A DNA stretch of 32,000 bases from Candidatus Hadarchaeota archaeon (GTDB lineage: Archaea; Hadarchaeota; Hadarchaeia; Hadarchaeales; Hadarchaeaceae): positions 540,788 through 572,787 of the forward strand of contig CAZETV010000001.1 of assembly GCA_964514965.1 (NCBI GenBank), in the 5' to 3' direction. The notes under the pieces are model-generated. The model was not told the DNA's origin, did not search any database, and saw only the letters and a program-made list of their open reading frames with translations. Each line of letters opens with the position of its first letter. Position 1 is the stretch's first letter. The position numbers and the translations under genes are program-made. Positions 16,763 to 25,536 of the stretch are shown one piece after another.

Positions 16763-17518
16763 TTAGAGCCTTTTCTGGATGGTACGTTCGTGAATCTTGA
16801 TGGATATAACTAAGAAGACGATTGCGAATGCTACGAGAACGGTAAGGTCCAATTCAATCGGAAAATAGCCATTGCCTTGTATAGAATGTCTTGCCAAATC
16901 TGTAAAATATGTTAAAGGAGAAATTGAAGAGACTACCTTCCCCCAGACTGGCAGTTCCCCTAGTGAAATAAAAATTCCGCTTATGAATATTAGTGGGAAT
17001 TTGATCATGGACGACAGCATCATCACGCTGGCAGGGGAGTCCGTGGGGGGGTAGGCAGATAACAATATGCTGAAAGATGCAAAACAGAATGTTGCAAGAA
17101 TAATCCCAAATCCGAGAATTAATGGATTGACTATTCCGACGCCGATGACCAAGCTGGCGATTACGGGAAATATGGAAACAATGATTCCAAAAGAGAACGA
17201 AGAAAAAATGTCGCCTAGGAAAATTGTCCAGATGGAGATGGGAGAGGATACGAGTCGTTCTAGAGTTTTGGCTCTTGCCTCCCAAGGAACAATGACTGGG
17301 CCAACAGAGGTAGCAGTGAAAAAAACTGTCATTCCAAGTAATCCTGGTATGAGTGCTTCAGCTGGCATGTTTCGTCCAATGTAGAATGCCAGAAAAAGAA
17401 AGAAGGGTAAGAGAAGCCCAAAAATAATTACTGGTCCCTTTGAGTAGTAGATGCGTACGTTCTTCTTGGCGATTGCAAGAGACCGTCTAAACTGCTCCAG
17501 ATAAAAATAGCTTTTCAT
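16763..17518 (-). CDS. ABC-2 type transporter permease
   Basis: 251 aa with about 6 hydrophobic segments, immediately downstream of an ABC ATPase gene on the same strand. Confidence 0.7.
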   Translation of the reverse strand: MKSYFYLEQFRRSLAIAKKNVRIYYSKGPVIIFGLLLPFFLFLAFYIGRNMPAEALIPGLLGMTVFFTATSVGPVIVPWEARAKTLERLVSSPISIWTIFLGDIFSSFSFGIIVSIFPVIASLVIGVGIVNPLILGFGIILATFCFASFSILLSAYPPTDSPASVMMLSSMIKFPLIFISGIFISLGELPVWGKVVSSISPLTYFTDLARHSIQGNGYFPIELDLTVLVAFAIVFLVISIKIHERTIQKRL

Positions 17519-17533
17519 TAGAGCATCACCTTT

Positions 17534-18463
17534 CTAACCCTCTTTCACAAGTTTAAGAAACACATCTTCCAAGGTGGGTGCGAGTGTGTTGAGGGTGATT
17601 ATTTTAAGTTTTTTTGAACGCGCAAAATTAACCAAGTGATCTAAGACTGCACTTGGCTCATCCACATACAGCCTCATCTTGTCTCCCATCTTTTTCACTT
17701 CCATAACGTCGTGAATCTTTGACAACTCATCAACGCGGATTGTCCTGTCAAAGCTGACTTCAATCGACTGCAATCTGCTACTTCTCATCCGGAGTTTTTC
17801 CGGACTGTCGATTGCCGCGATTTTGCCGTGGTTGATAACTGCTACTCTATCGCAAAGCTGATTGGCTTCTTCCATGTTGTGTGTTGTTAAGAAAACGGTT
17901 GCACCACTTTTATTGAAATCACGAATCATGTCTTTTATAAGTCGTTGGCTCTCTACATCCAGACCAGAGGTTGGTTCATCCAAGAAGAGAATCTCGGGCT
18001 TATTTATTAGAGCCATGCATAGCAGTAGTTTCTGTTTCATCCCTCTTGAAAAGCCTTTAACAAGTTGGTTTCTTCGGTCGTAGAGTCCAAATTCTTTTAG
18101 AAGCTTGCTTGCTCTTTCTTGTCTTTCCTTTTTAGGAACTCCGTATAATTCCCCAATTAGCATGAGATTATTCCAAGCTGAGAGGTCAACGTACGCATTC
18201 GCCATCTCGGGAACGATGCCCATCATTTGTTTAGCCTTAAGCCCTTCTCTTAAGATGTCATAACCCAATATGGAAGCCGTACCATCATCTGGCTTAATTA
18301 TACCAGTGAGCATCCGGATAGTAGTGGTCTTACCTGCAGCATTTGGTCCTAAAAAACCAAAAAGTTCTCCTTTCCGCACCTGAAAACTGATGCGATCAAC
18401 AGCCGCCAACTCGCCAAAATGCTTTGTTAGATCTGAAACTTCTACGGCATTGTCAGTGTTCAT
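17534..18463 (-). CDS. ABC transporter ATP-binding protein
   Basis: Walker A GPNAAGKTT, signature FSRGMKQKL, Walker B ILFLDEPTSGLD, H-loop TTHNMEE. Confidence 0.9.
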   Translation of the reverse strand: MNTDNAVEVSDLTKHFGELAAVDRISFQVRKGELFGFLGPNAAGKTTTIRMLTGIIKPDDGTASILGYDILREGLKAKQMMGIVPEMANAYVDLSAWNNLMLIGELYGVPKKERQERASKLLKEFGLYDRRNQLVKGFSRGMKQKLLLCMALINKPEILFLDEPTSGLDVESQRLIKDMIRDFNKSGATVFLTTHNMEEANQLCDRVAVINHGKIAAIDSPEKLRMRSSRLQSIEVSFDRTIRVDELSKIHDVMEVKKMGDKMRLYVDEPSAVLDHLVNFARSKKLKIITLNTLAPTLEDVFLKLVKEG

Positions 18464-18798
18464 GGAGATTCCCTTGGCAAGTCAGTGAGAAGGTTAATTT
18501 TGATCTCTTTCGTTTTTAGTCGCCATATCTTTTCAGGTGCCCCCCCTCCAACCTCTCGATACTCAGCTAATTCAACGACGCCTGCTTCCTCTAGTTCAGA
18601 AAGGTGATAATATAGTCCAGACCTTGAAATGCCTTCTCCAACTTTCTTTAACCCCTCAAAGATTTCATTAGTGCTTTTTGCTTCATTCCCTATAATGTGA
18701 ATAATCATCCATCTAGTCGGGCAATGAAGAGCCCTAAAGTACATCTGGAACCTACTGAACTTTTTTGAGTCGAAATCGTCACATTCGCCGCCGCACAT
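18460..18798 (-). CDS. ArsR-family winged-helix transcriptional regulator
   Basis: ALHCPTRWMIIHII...STNEIFEGL...ISRSGLYYHLSELEEAGVVE. 4-nt overlap with the ABC ATPase gene. ATG at 18798 (the track start at 18801 is TTG). Confidence 0.7.
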   Translation of the reverse strand: MCGGECDDFDSKKFSRFQMYFRALHCPTRWMIIHIIGNEAKSTNEIFEGLKKVGEGISRSGLYYHLSELEEAGVVELAEYREVGGGAPEKIWRLKTKEIKINLLTDLPRESP

Positions 18799-18846
18799 CA
18801 AATACCACCTTTGTATACCCCGATTTTTTTTGATATATTATCGAAA

Positions 18847-18866
18847 ATACTGTAATATTATAGTAT
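18847..18866. promoter_or_regulatory. Near-perfect 20-bp palindrome, candidate ArsR operator
   Basis: atactgtaatattatagtat matches its own reverse complement at 18 of 20 positions. It lies ~50 nt upstream of the arsR-like start in an AT-rich promoter region. Confidence 0.4.
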
Positions 18867-19160
18867 TAAAAACTTTTGCAAAGCACTCAGCGCTGTTATT
18901 AAGCGTACCTCTCCCGCCCGCATTAAAAAAAGGGAAAAATTTTTGCTTAAAGCTTAAAACGAGCGTTAAAATTGCTCAATTTTTGCACTTGAATGGATCA
19001 CAGGTTACGGTAGATTTAAACGGGGGCTTGAACCTACTCCCCCGCACCGTCTTGACGCCGTTGACTTATCCTTTTTATAAAAAGTCCTGCGTCTGGCTGG
19101 CTCATGCACAGTGGGTTCAGGTTTGATGGTTCAAGAATGGACTAAATATAGAAAACGAAA

Positions 19161-19181
19161 GGAGTTCAAATCCCACCTCAC
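19161..19181 (+). other. Degenerate tRNA T-loop/3'-end-like fragment
   Basis: ggagttcaaatcccacctcac aligns with 16681-16698 (ggggttcgaatcccgcct) at 15/18 positions, and all three differences are G-to-A. No complete tRNA can be folded around it. Confidence 0.3.
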
Positions 19182-19332
19182 TTTTTGGAATTTGAAGGTG
19201 TCTTAACGAGGTACTACGCAGACTGCTCACCGGAATGACTAGGGGAGATTTACAAAACAGGTTGATATTATGGTCTGCTAAACAAATATTTTAAAACGTG
19301 AATAAATTATAAACTAGCGAGAGGTAAACAAC

Positions 19333-19539
19333 ATGCCTTTGGTTGAAATAAGTTTGGTGGAAAAAGAGTTGTCCGAGGAGCAGAAAGTTAAAATAGCTAA
19401 CGCCGTATCCGACCTTCTGATATGCGAGATCCCGAAATTGCCCAAAGAAGCCATTTCAGTAATATTCTATGAGACTCCATCAGAGAACTGGATAGTCGGC
19501 GGGAAGACTGTGGAAGAACTAAAGCAAAGAAGAACTTAG
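19333..19539 (+). CDS. 4-oxalocrotonate tautomerase family protein
   Basis: 68 aa. N-terminal Met-Pro (MPLVEISLVEK..SEEQK) fits the Pro-1 tautomerase fold family. Confidence 0.65.
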   Translation: MPLVEISLVEKELSEEQKVKIANAVSDLLICEIPKLPKEAISVIFYETPSENWIVGGKTVEELKQRRT

Positions 19540-19937
19540 ATTCCTCCTGAAAAAGTTTGGTGATGAGAGTTGGGACTCCTGCCGACCTAAAAACGCCTTT
19601 AACACGATTTGTCCTATTGATCAAGTTAAGAGAATGGGTGAGAAAAAGCTAGAAAAGGTGCGGCACTATAACGACTATTTTCCCGAAAGGCTGAGACCTA
19701 CGAGATGGCGGGTTTAAGGGTTTTTGTAACCCAACAAGGGCTCTCACTATACTTATTTTCCCAGTTAAAACACCAAATTAGACCATTGAACCCACAATTC
19801 TTTAGTTTTCTACGCGTTTAAGGTGTTAATAACATTCTGTGGGTTGGTAAAAGATGGCGGATGCGACGCGTTCAGACGGTTCGTTTGTGGATATGGGGGA
19901 GGCTGCAGGTCATCTTAAAAAACGCAAAGAAAAGCAT

Positions 19938-21074
19938 ATGCATAGAATTTTCCCGATTTTGGCCCTATCCATCTTCTCTTCCATGCTGGGGATGGGGCTC
20001 ATAGTCCCAATCCTCCCCCTCTACGCCGAGAACATGGGGGCCACCGGGGTCTGGATAGGAATTATCTTCGCCTCGTATTCCATTTCCCGTACCGTGTTCA
20101 TGCCGGTCATCGGGAGGCTATCGGACCGGTGGGGCAGGAAAGTGTTCCTTTGCTTTGGACTTCTCGTATATGCTCTGATCTCCATCGGTTATGTGTGGGC
20201 GACGCAGGTTCCCGAGTTAACACTCATCCGGGTGTTGCACGGTGCCGCCGCTGGTATGATTCTGCCAATTGCCCAAGCTTACATCGGAGACCTCGCGCCA
20301 ACGGGACACGAGGGGACTTGGATGGGGTATTTTAATGCCGCCTTTTTTATGGGCTTTGGCTTCGGTCCTCTTATGGGGGGAGTTCTTACCGATAGCTTCG
20401 GCATGAATTTTCCCTTTTACATTATGGGCGCCCTCAATTTGCTGGCATTTTTCTTCGCCCTGTTTTTTCTTCCAGAGGTTCGCCGCATGGGTGAAATCGT
20501 GGGTCGTGATGCACCTTCAGGTAAAATGAGGGAAAGCAGGGTAATGAGGGGCCTCTTCAGTTACCGACTGGCGCGATCCTTTGGAAGGGGTTCTTTCACG
20601 TGCTTTCTTCCGATCCTCGCCTCCTCTTATCTGGGGTTAACGGCCTCCCAGACGGGGCTTCTGATCGCTGTCAACATTTTACTGATGTCACTGTTTCAGA
20701 TTAGATTCGGAAAAATCGCGGACAAGTTCAGCAGGAGAGGGCTAGTCATCTGCGGGAGCTTGACCAATGTCACATTTCTTTTTTTGATCCCGCTGTGCGT
20801 AACCTTTTGGCAATTGCTGGCTGTATGCGCGTTCGGCGCTCTTGGGGGCTCGATCTCGGTACCTGCCGCTTCCGCTCTAACGGTTAATGAAGGCAGAAAA
20901 TACGGCATGGGATCCACCATTGGAATGTTTACAATGGCGATGAGCATAGGCATGTTCGTGGGTCCGGTCCTGGGCGGGGGACTCGTTGATATGTTGGGTG
21001 TTTACTCGGTGTTTTATTTCGGAGGGTTAGTTTCACTCCTAGGGACTGCGGTATTTGCTTGGTTCACGGGGTAA
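19938..21074 (+). CDS. MFS transporter
   Basis: About 12 hydrophobic segments. MFS motif A GRLSDRWGRK. The start is taken at MHRIFPILAL (ATG 19938); the track ORF opens at 19854. Confidence 0.85.
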   Translation: MHRIFPILALSIFSSMLGMGLIVPILPLYAENMGATGVWIGIIFASYSISRTVFMPVIGRLSDRWGRKVFLCFGLLVYALISIGYVWATQVPELTLIRVLHGAAAGMILPIAQAYIGDLAPTGHEGTWMGYFNAAFFMGFGFGPLMGGVLTDSFGMNFPFYIMGALNLLAFFFALFFLPEVRRMGEIVGRDAPSGKMRESRVMRGLFSYRLARSFGRGSFTCFLPILASSYLGLTASQTGLLIAVNILLMSLFQIRFGKIADKFSRRGLVICGSLTNVTFLFLIPLCVTFWQLLAVCAFGALGGSISVPAASALTVNEGRKYGMGSTIGMFTMAMSIGMFVGPVLGGGLVDMLGVYSVFYFGGLVSLLGTAVFAWFTG

Positions 21075-21362
21075 GGGAGCACGGACCTCAGCTATTCGAG
21101 CCGCGATATGAGCGTAATTTCGATGTTCATCCGGTTCGCAAAAAATAAAGCAAGATCGAAGCAGGATTTTGCCTTAGGACTGGTCCTGTACAGGTTATGC
21201 AGCTGGAATACTTTCCCTTGAACTTGAGATAGCGCATTCTTAGAAGATTCCGTAAATCCTCTGGAGCGTACAAATCTGAGTTTTTATTATTTTATAGTCG
21301 GGAAGAAATAATCCAACTAGTTTTATAATACTTCAAAACGTATTACATCTCGGTGGAAATAG

Positions 21363-22049
21363 ATGCCAATTTTTGAGAATGAGACTGAAAAGATAGTTAA
21401 AACACTGGGTTTAGAATGGGAACCTGTGGCCGTAAAGTTCTCGGATAGTGCTGATGAGAAGGGAATTCCAAGAAAGCTTAAAGTTTGTCAAGCCATTGAT
21501 GTGGTTAGACGTGAAAGCGTGACAATCAACTTATCTAAAGAGAATTGTGTCTGTCCAGGTGGTAGACGCTACACTGGTCTAGAAGTTCTTCCACTAGAAG
21601 CAATTGCGGGTGTTTGGACGAAGGCACATAAGGCTTACGAATCCATGGACATCGCACTATCATCGCTAAAAAAGCAGCCCCAACCTGTTAAGAGGGGAGA
21701 CTTCCTTATTTTAAGCCCTCTAAAAAAGGTTGAGACAGACCCCGACATGGTTTTACTTTTCGCAAACGCTGAGCAAGCTGACAGGATATTGGGACTGGTT
21801 TCTTTTAAAGAGGCTGAACCCTTCGCTTATTATCCAGTAAGCAACACGTGTTCAGTTATAACAAACACGTTAGGGAAGGGAGGACCAGAAATATGTTTCA
21901 TGACAAAACATTCAAGACAAGAGTTTAGGTTGTCTCCAAATGAACTCATAATTGGTTTGCCCTTCGGAGACTTTGAAGCCGCGGTCAATAATATTTCCAA
22001 CTCTGGCTTCGGAACTGCCCAAACATCTCCCCCACCAAAGGCACGTTGA
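21363..22049 (+). CDS. DUF169 (COG2043) family protein
   Basis: 228 aa. LGLEWEPVAVKFSD, CQAIDVVRRE, a C..CPGG segment, and C-terminal NELIIGLPFGDFEAAV all fit the DUF169 pattern as I recall it. Confidence 0.55.
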   Translation: MPIFENETEKIVKTLGLEWEPVAVKFSDSADEKGIPRKLKVCQAIDVVRRESVTINLSKENCVCPGGRRYTGLEVLPLEAIAGVWTKAHKAYESMDIALSSLKKQPQPVKRGDFLILSPLKKVETDPDMVLLFANAEQADRILGLVSFKEAEPFAYYPVSNTCSVITNTLGKGGPEICFMTKHSRQEFRLSPNELIIGLPFGDFEAAVNNISNSGFGTAQTSPPPKAR

Positions 22050-22163
22050 ACAAAGAAAACTCTCGCAGAGCTAGATGTGAAGATGACTGATTGTATAAGA
22101 GCGTATCTCTAAAGTCCGCAAGACGTTAGAAAAAAAATACAGACAAGTTAGAATTGAATTTAG

Positions 22164-22269
22164 TGCGGCCGGCGGGATTCGAACCCGCGCAGCAGGCTTT
22201 TCCCGAGCATTCATGGGAAGCCTGAGTCCTTTGGCAGCATTTGCTTTAACCAGACTGGACCACGGCCGC
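22164..22269 (-). tRNA. tRNA-Gly(CCC) with a canonical 37/38 intron (~15 nt) and extra ~16-18 nt in the D-loop (second, non-canonical intron)
   Basis: Reverse complement: GCGGCCG TG GTCC [27 nt] GGAC T CAGGC TTCCCA[tgaatgctcgggaaa]A GCCTG CTGC GCGGG TTCGAAT CCCGC CGGCCGC A. The acceptor, anticodon and T stems all pair perfectly. CCA is not encoded. Confidence 0.8.
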
Positions 22270-22290
22270 ACAATTAAATGTCATCCAGTT

Positions 22291-22299
22291 CTAATTAAA
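22291..22299 (-). promoter_or_regulatory. TATA-box-like element for tRNA-Gly
   Basis: On the minus strand this reads tttaattag, ending 22 nt upstream of tRNA position 1. That spacing is appropriate for an archaeal TATA box. Confidence 0.4.
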
Positions 22300-22406
22300 T
22301 TTTTAATTTTTGTCTTCTTCGGATAGCCCGTTTCTGTCGAGCGAGAAGCCGGAGTTTGCCGGGTGTCAGGAGTGGTGTTAAGAAGCTAAGGAGGTTGGAG
22401 AAAATC

Positions 22407-23201
22407 CTAGAGCCGTTCCCGCGCGACCTGAGTGAGTTCGGTCTTTGTCAGCAACCCCACAAGCTCTCCTTCAAAGTTCAGCACGGGGAGGGTGGAGAAT
22501 CTACGCTCGAACATGAGACGCGAAACTTCTGGGAGTCTGGCATCCGTTCGCGTCGTCGTGGCCGGCTGGGTCATGATTTCCTTTACTAACAAATTTCTGA
22601 TGTGCTCACTCTTTTGCTGATTTGGAACGGCTCCCTGAAAAGCTGCGAGCTTCATTGCCACGTCTCGCACCGTTACGACGCCGACAAGCTTTCCATCCTC
22701 CATGACCGGCAAACCGATTAAATCCTCATCGAGCAACAGCCGCCGCGCGTGAACAACCCGATCTCCCGGCGAAACGGTCGTCGGGCTGGCCTGCATCACC
22801 TGCCCCACATAAACATCTTCGTACTCCGAGCAAACCTTCGCGAAGTCCAGCTTGGTCACGATGCCAGAGAGGTGCCCCTCCTCGACTACTGGAAGTCCAC
22901 TGATGTCGTGGTCGAGCATGATCTCGGCAGCCCGCTTCACCATTACTTCCGGGGCCACTGTGATCGGGTTAAGGGTCATCACATTCGAGACGTATATCCG
23001 GTCGAGAGACAAGCGATAAGCTGTGCTCGACCCCATCTCACGAGCGATGTCCTTCTCGGTAATCACGCCCACGATTTTTCCCGTCTGAAGCGCTACGAGG
23101 CGAGAGATTTCTTTCTGTTGCATCAAATCGATCGCGTTCGCTAAAGGCTGATCCTTGTCAAGCGTCACGACGGGCGAGCTCATGATTTGGCTAACACGCA
23201 T
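22407..23201 (-). CDS. CBS-domain protein (four CBS repeats)
   Basis: Repeated CBS pattern: MSSPVVTL...A..LM....ISRLVAL..GKIVGVITEKDI, recurring as ISGLPVV, LIGLPVM and FSTLPVL blocks. Confidence 0.85.
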   Translation of the reverse strand: MRVSQIMSSPVVTLDKDQPLANAIDLMQQKEISRLVALQTGKIVGVITEKDIAREMGSSTAYRLSLDRIYVSNVMTLNPITVAPEVMVKRAAEIMLDHDISGLPVVEEGHLSGIVTKLDFAKVCSEYEDVYVGQVMQASPTTVSPGDRVVHARRLLLDEDLIGLPVMEDGKLVGVVTVRDVAMKLAAFQGAVPNQQKSEHIRNLLVKEIMTQPATTTRTDARLPEVSRLMFERRFSTLPVLNFEGELVGLLTKTELTQVARERL

Positions 23202-23210
23202 TTAAACCCC

Positions 23211-24026
23211 TCAAACCAACAACTCCAACAGATCATGCTCAGTTATTATCCCCTTGAGTTCATCTCTCTCGACTACCGGCACGCAGCCGCACCCGCGCTC
23301 ACACATGAGCCCCGTGGCGTCCCCAAGGTCGGTCTCAGGTGCCACGGTCAACACGTCACGAGTCATTATCTCTTCAACACCTACAGACATCGCTTCGTCT
23401 ACGCGTTGCGAGAGCATGTGCTCGAACACCTTACTCGTTCCGAAGTAACGCAAGATGTCAACGCTCGTGACAATCCCAGCAAGTTCTCTTTCGCGTACCA
23501 CGGGCAGGCGTCGAACTCCTCTAGAAATCATCCTTCTTGCCGCTTCACGAATTTGAAGTTCGGGCTCAGCTGTGATCACATGGCGGGTCATGTAATAGCT
23601 CACGGGTGTCCCAGTCTTGGCCGGCACATAGGTTATGAAATCGCGCTCCGAGACGATACCAGCAATCTGTCCATGCTCGTCAAGAATAGGTATCCCCCCA
23701 ACACCTGTTTGGAGAAGGAGCTTCACGGCATCTATTATAGACATGTCGGTGGTACCGTGGATTACCCGCTCGGACATAATAATCCGCACAGGCTCGTTAG
23801 CCGCAGCGAAGAAATTGCCCTTTAACTTCTCCTGCACAATTCTGAATTTTTCGCCTCCGCCCAAGAAGTCTATGATGTCTCGCGTGCGGATGATGCCCAT
23901 GAGTTTTTTGGTACCGGGGGTCGCCACAGGTAACCTCCGCACACCCCGCTCAATCATGAGCTCGGCCGCATTCTTTATCTGCATTGTCGGAGGAACTGTT
24001 ATAACTAGTTTTCGCGCGAGCGACAT
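23211..24026 (-). CDS. CBS-domain protein (four CBS repeats)
   Basis: VRRLPV...GIIRTRDI, GGIPILDEHGQIAGIVSERDF, VRRLPVVRERELAGIVTSVDI, GCVPVVERDELKGIITEHDL. The start is taken at MSLARK (ATG 24026, preceded by GAGGAAGGG) rather than the track start at 24122. Confidence 0.8.
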   Translation of the reverse strand: MSLARKLVITVPPTMQIKNAAELMIERGVRRLPVATPGTKKLMGIIRTRDIIDFLGGGEKFRIVQEKLKGNFFAAANEPVRIIMSERVIHGTTDMSIIDAVKLLLQTGVGGIPILDEHGQIAGIVSERDFITYVPAKTGTPVSYYMTRHVITAEPELQIREAARRMISRGVRRLPVVRERELAGIVTSVDILRYFGTSKVFEHMLSQRVDEAMSVGVEEIMTRDVLTVAPETDLGDATGLMCERGCGCVPVVERDELKGIITEHDLLELLV

Positions 24027-24111
24027 GATGTTCCCTTCCTCTCGATGGCGTCTCGACTTGAAAGCCAGCGGTCCACGTTTGATAGACTTGTAATGGGGAA
24101 ATCTCCGCACC

Positions 24112-24906
24112 CTACCACCCACATGCTACTCTTACAATATCTGAACGACTCACAATTCCCACGAGGTTGCCCTCATCGACGACTGGGAGCCTTCCAACGT
24201 TGCGTTTGAGCATGACTTCGATGGCTTCGGTGAGAGGCACCTTGGGAGAAACGGTTATCGCGGGAGTGCGCATGAGATTTCGCACCTTGGTAGATGGACG
24301 CCCACCCTTTGCCGATTCCTCTGCCAATCGAATTTCTCCTGAGCGAATTATGTCCGAGCGGGTTACCATGCCGACTACCTCGAGCTTGTGTTTTTGCTTG
24401 TCGTAGCGTGTTACCGGCACACCCGAATAGCGATTTTGTTCCATGATGCCCCAGACGCGAGATATCTCGTCATCTCGTTCGCAAATTACAACCTTCTTGA
24501 CCATGACGTCCCCGACCGTAAGCTTCGACTTCATCCTCTCCACAATTTTGAGGATGTCATCCAGCTTGATGAGTCCGATCACAGTTTTATCGCTGTAGCT
24601 CTGAACCACCGGCACATTTGATATCCCAAGCCGGACCATGTCTTTTGCAATCTTAGCTAAATCGCTTGCGGGGGTTGCGATGAGTTGTGAAGGGAACATG
24701 AGACCTGCGACGGGGATGTTGGAGCGGGTTGAGGTAATGCGAATGATTTGTTGGGCAGTGATGATTCCCTCGAGCCTCCCCCCATCGATGACGGGAAGGG
24801 CTCGAAAGCCGCTCGAGCGCATGACTGCCCGAGCTCTGGTGATTAGGTCCCGTGAGCTAACAAAAATGAGGCAGGGCTGCATCACATCGCTGATGCTGAC
24901 CCGCAT
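24112..24906 (-). CDS. CBS-domain protein (four CBS repeats)
   Basis: FRALPVIDGGRLEGIITAQQI, ISNVPVV, YSGVPVT, VGRLPVVDEGNLVGIVSRSDI. The start is taken at MRVSISDVM (24906), parallel to the MRVSQIM start of the paralog at 23201. Confidence 0.8.
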   Translation of the reverse strand: MRVSISDVMQPCLIFVSSRDLITRARAVMRSSGFRALPVIDGGRLEGIITAQQIIRITSTRSNIPVAGLMFPSQLIATPASDLAKIAKDMVRLGISNVPVVQSYSDKTVIGLIKLDDILKIVERMKSKLTVGDVMVKKVVICERDDEISRVWGIMEQNRYSGVPVTRYDKQKHKLEVVGMVTRSDIIRSGEIRLAEESAKGGRPSTKVRNLMRTPAITVSPKVPLTEAIEVMLKRNVGRLPVVDEGNLVGIVSRSDIVRVACGW

Positions 24907-24935
24907 GAGCAGGCCCCGGCATGCCATTCCACCAT

Positions 24936-25484
24936 CTACCCGCCCACAGTGTCGCGGCAGTTCTCACAAACCCACATACCGTTTACTTCGGAGAGGGCAG
25001 TTGTAACCTCGCCGCAGACCTCGCATACGCTCTGCCCGACCTCCTCGCGCTCGAACATCTCTGAGTGCGAGACTAATTCAGTGAGTTCGGGAGAAATCGC
25101 GGTGATGTCACTTGCGGTGAGGATACCTATGAGGATTCCTTTTTCGACCACTGGCAAACGTCTAATCTTGCTGTGGGCCATCATTCGCGCGGCATCGGTT
25201 ATGTCTATGTTGGGGCTAATCGTCATTATTGGACTCGACATGATCTTGCCGATCTTGACTTTGCTAGGTTTCAAATCCAAACTCACAACTTTCATCAACA
25301 GATCCCGTTCGGTCAAAATTCCTACTGGCTTCTTTTTCTTCACAATAATTATACTTCCCACTCCGCGCTCGGCCATGAGTTTCGCTGCCCGGTTGACAGT
25401 AGTGTTTGGGCCTGCAGTGAGAACCTTGTCAGCCATCGCGTCTCTGACTGAAGCAACACGCTTCACGGATTCACCGTTCTTCAA
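24936..25484 (-). CDS. CBS-pair protein with C-terminal zinc ribbon
   Basis: Two CBS repeats (VGSIIIVKKKKPVGILTERDL; IRRLPVVEKGILIGILTASDI) followed by CEVCGEV...WVCENC. Confidence 0.85.
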   Translation of the reverse strand: MKNGESVKRVASVRDAMADKVLTAGPNTTVNRAAKLMAERGVGSIIIVKKKKPVGILTERDLLMKVVSLDLKPSKVKIGKIMSSPIMTISPNIDITDAARMMAHSKIRRLPVVEKGILIGILTASDITAISPELTELVSHSEMFEREEVGQSVCEVCGEVTTALSEVNGMWVCENCRDTVGG

Positions 25485-25536
25485 TATGGATTATGGTATT
25501 TAAAAACTTACAATACTAAACTTCAACGGGTTTAAC

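Noticed and set aside
18830-19126. 98-aa plus-strand ORF in the arsR upstream region.
   Set aside because: It starts in AT-rich promoter DNA, has no motif and no SD, and overlaps the palindromic operator candidate.
19555-19625. C/D-box sRNA (GTGATGA at ~19559 followed 12 nt later by CTGC).
   Set aside because: No C' box and no terminal CUGA D box at the appropriate spacing, and no terminal stem.
23187-25503. Plus-strand ORFs of 122-212 aa overlapping the CBS genes.
   Set aside because: They lie antisense to four genes with repeated, unmistakable CBS patterns, so they are shadow frames.
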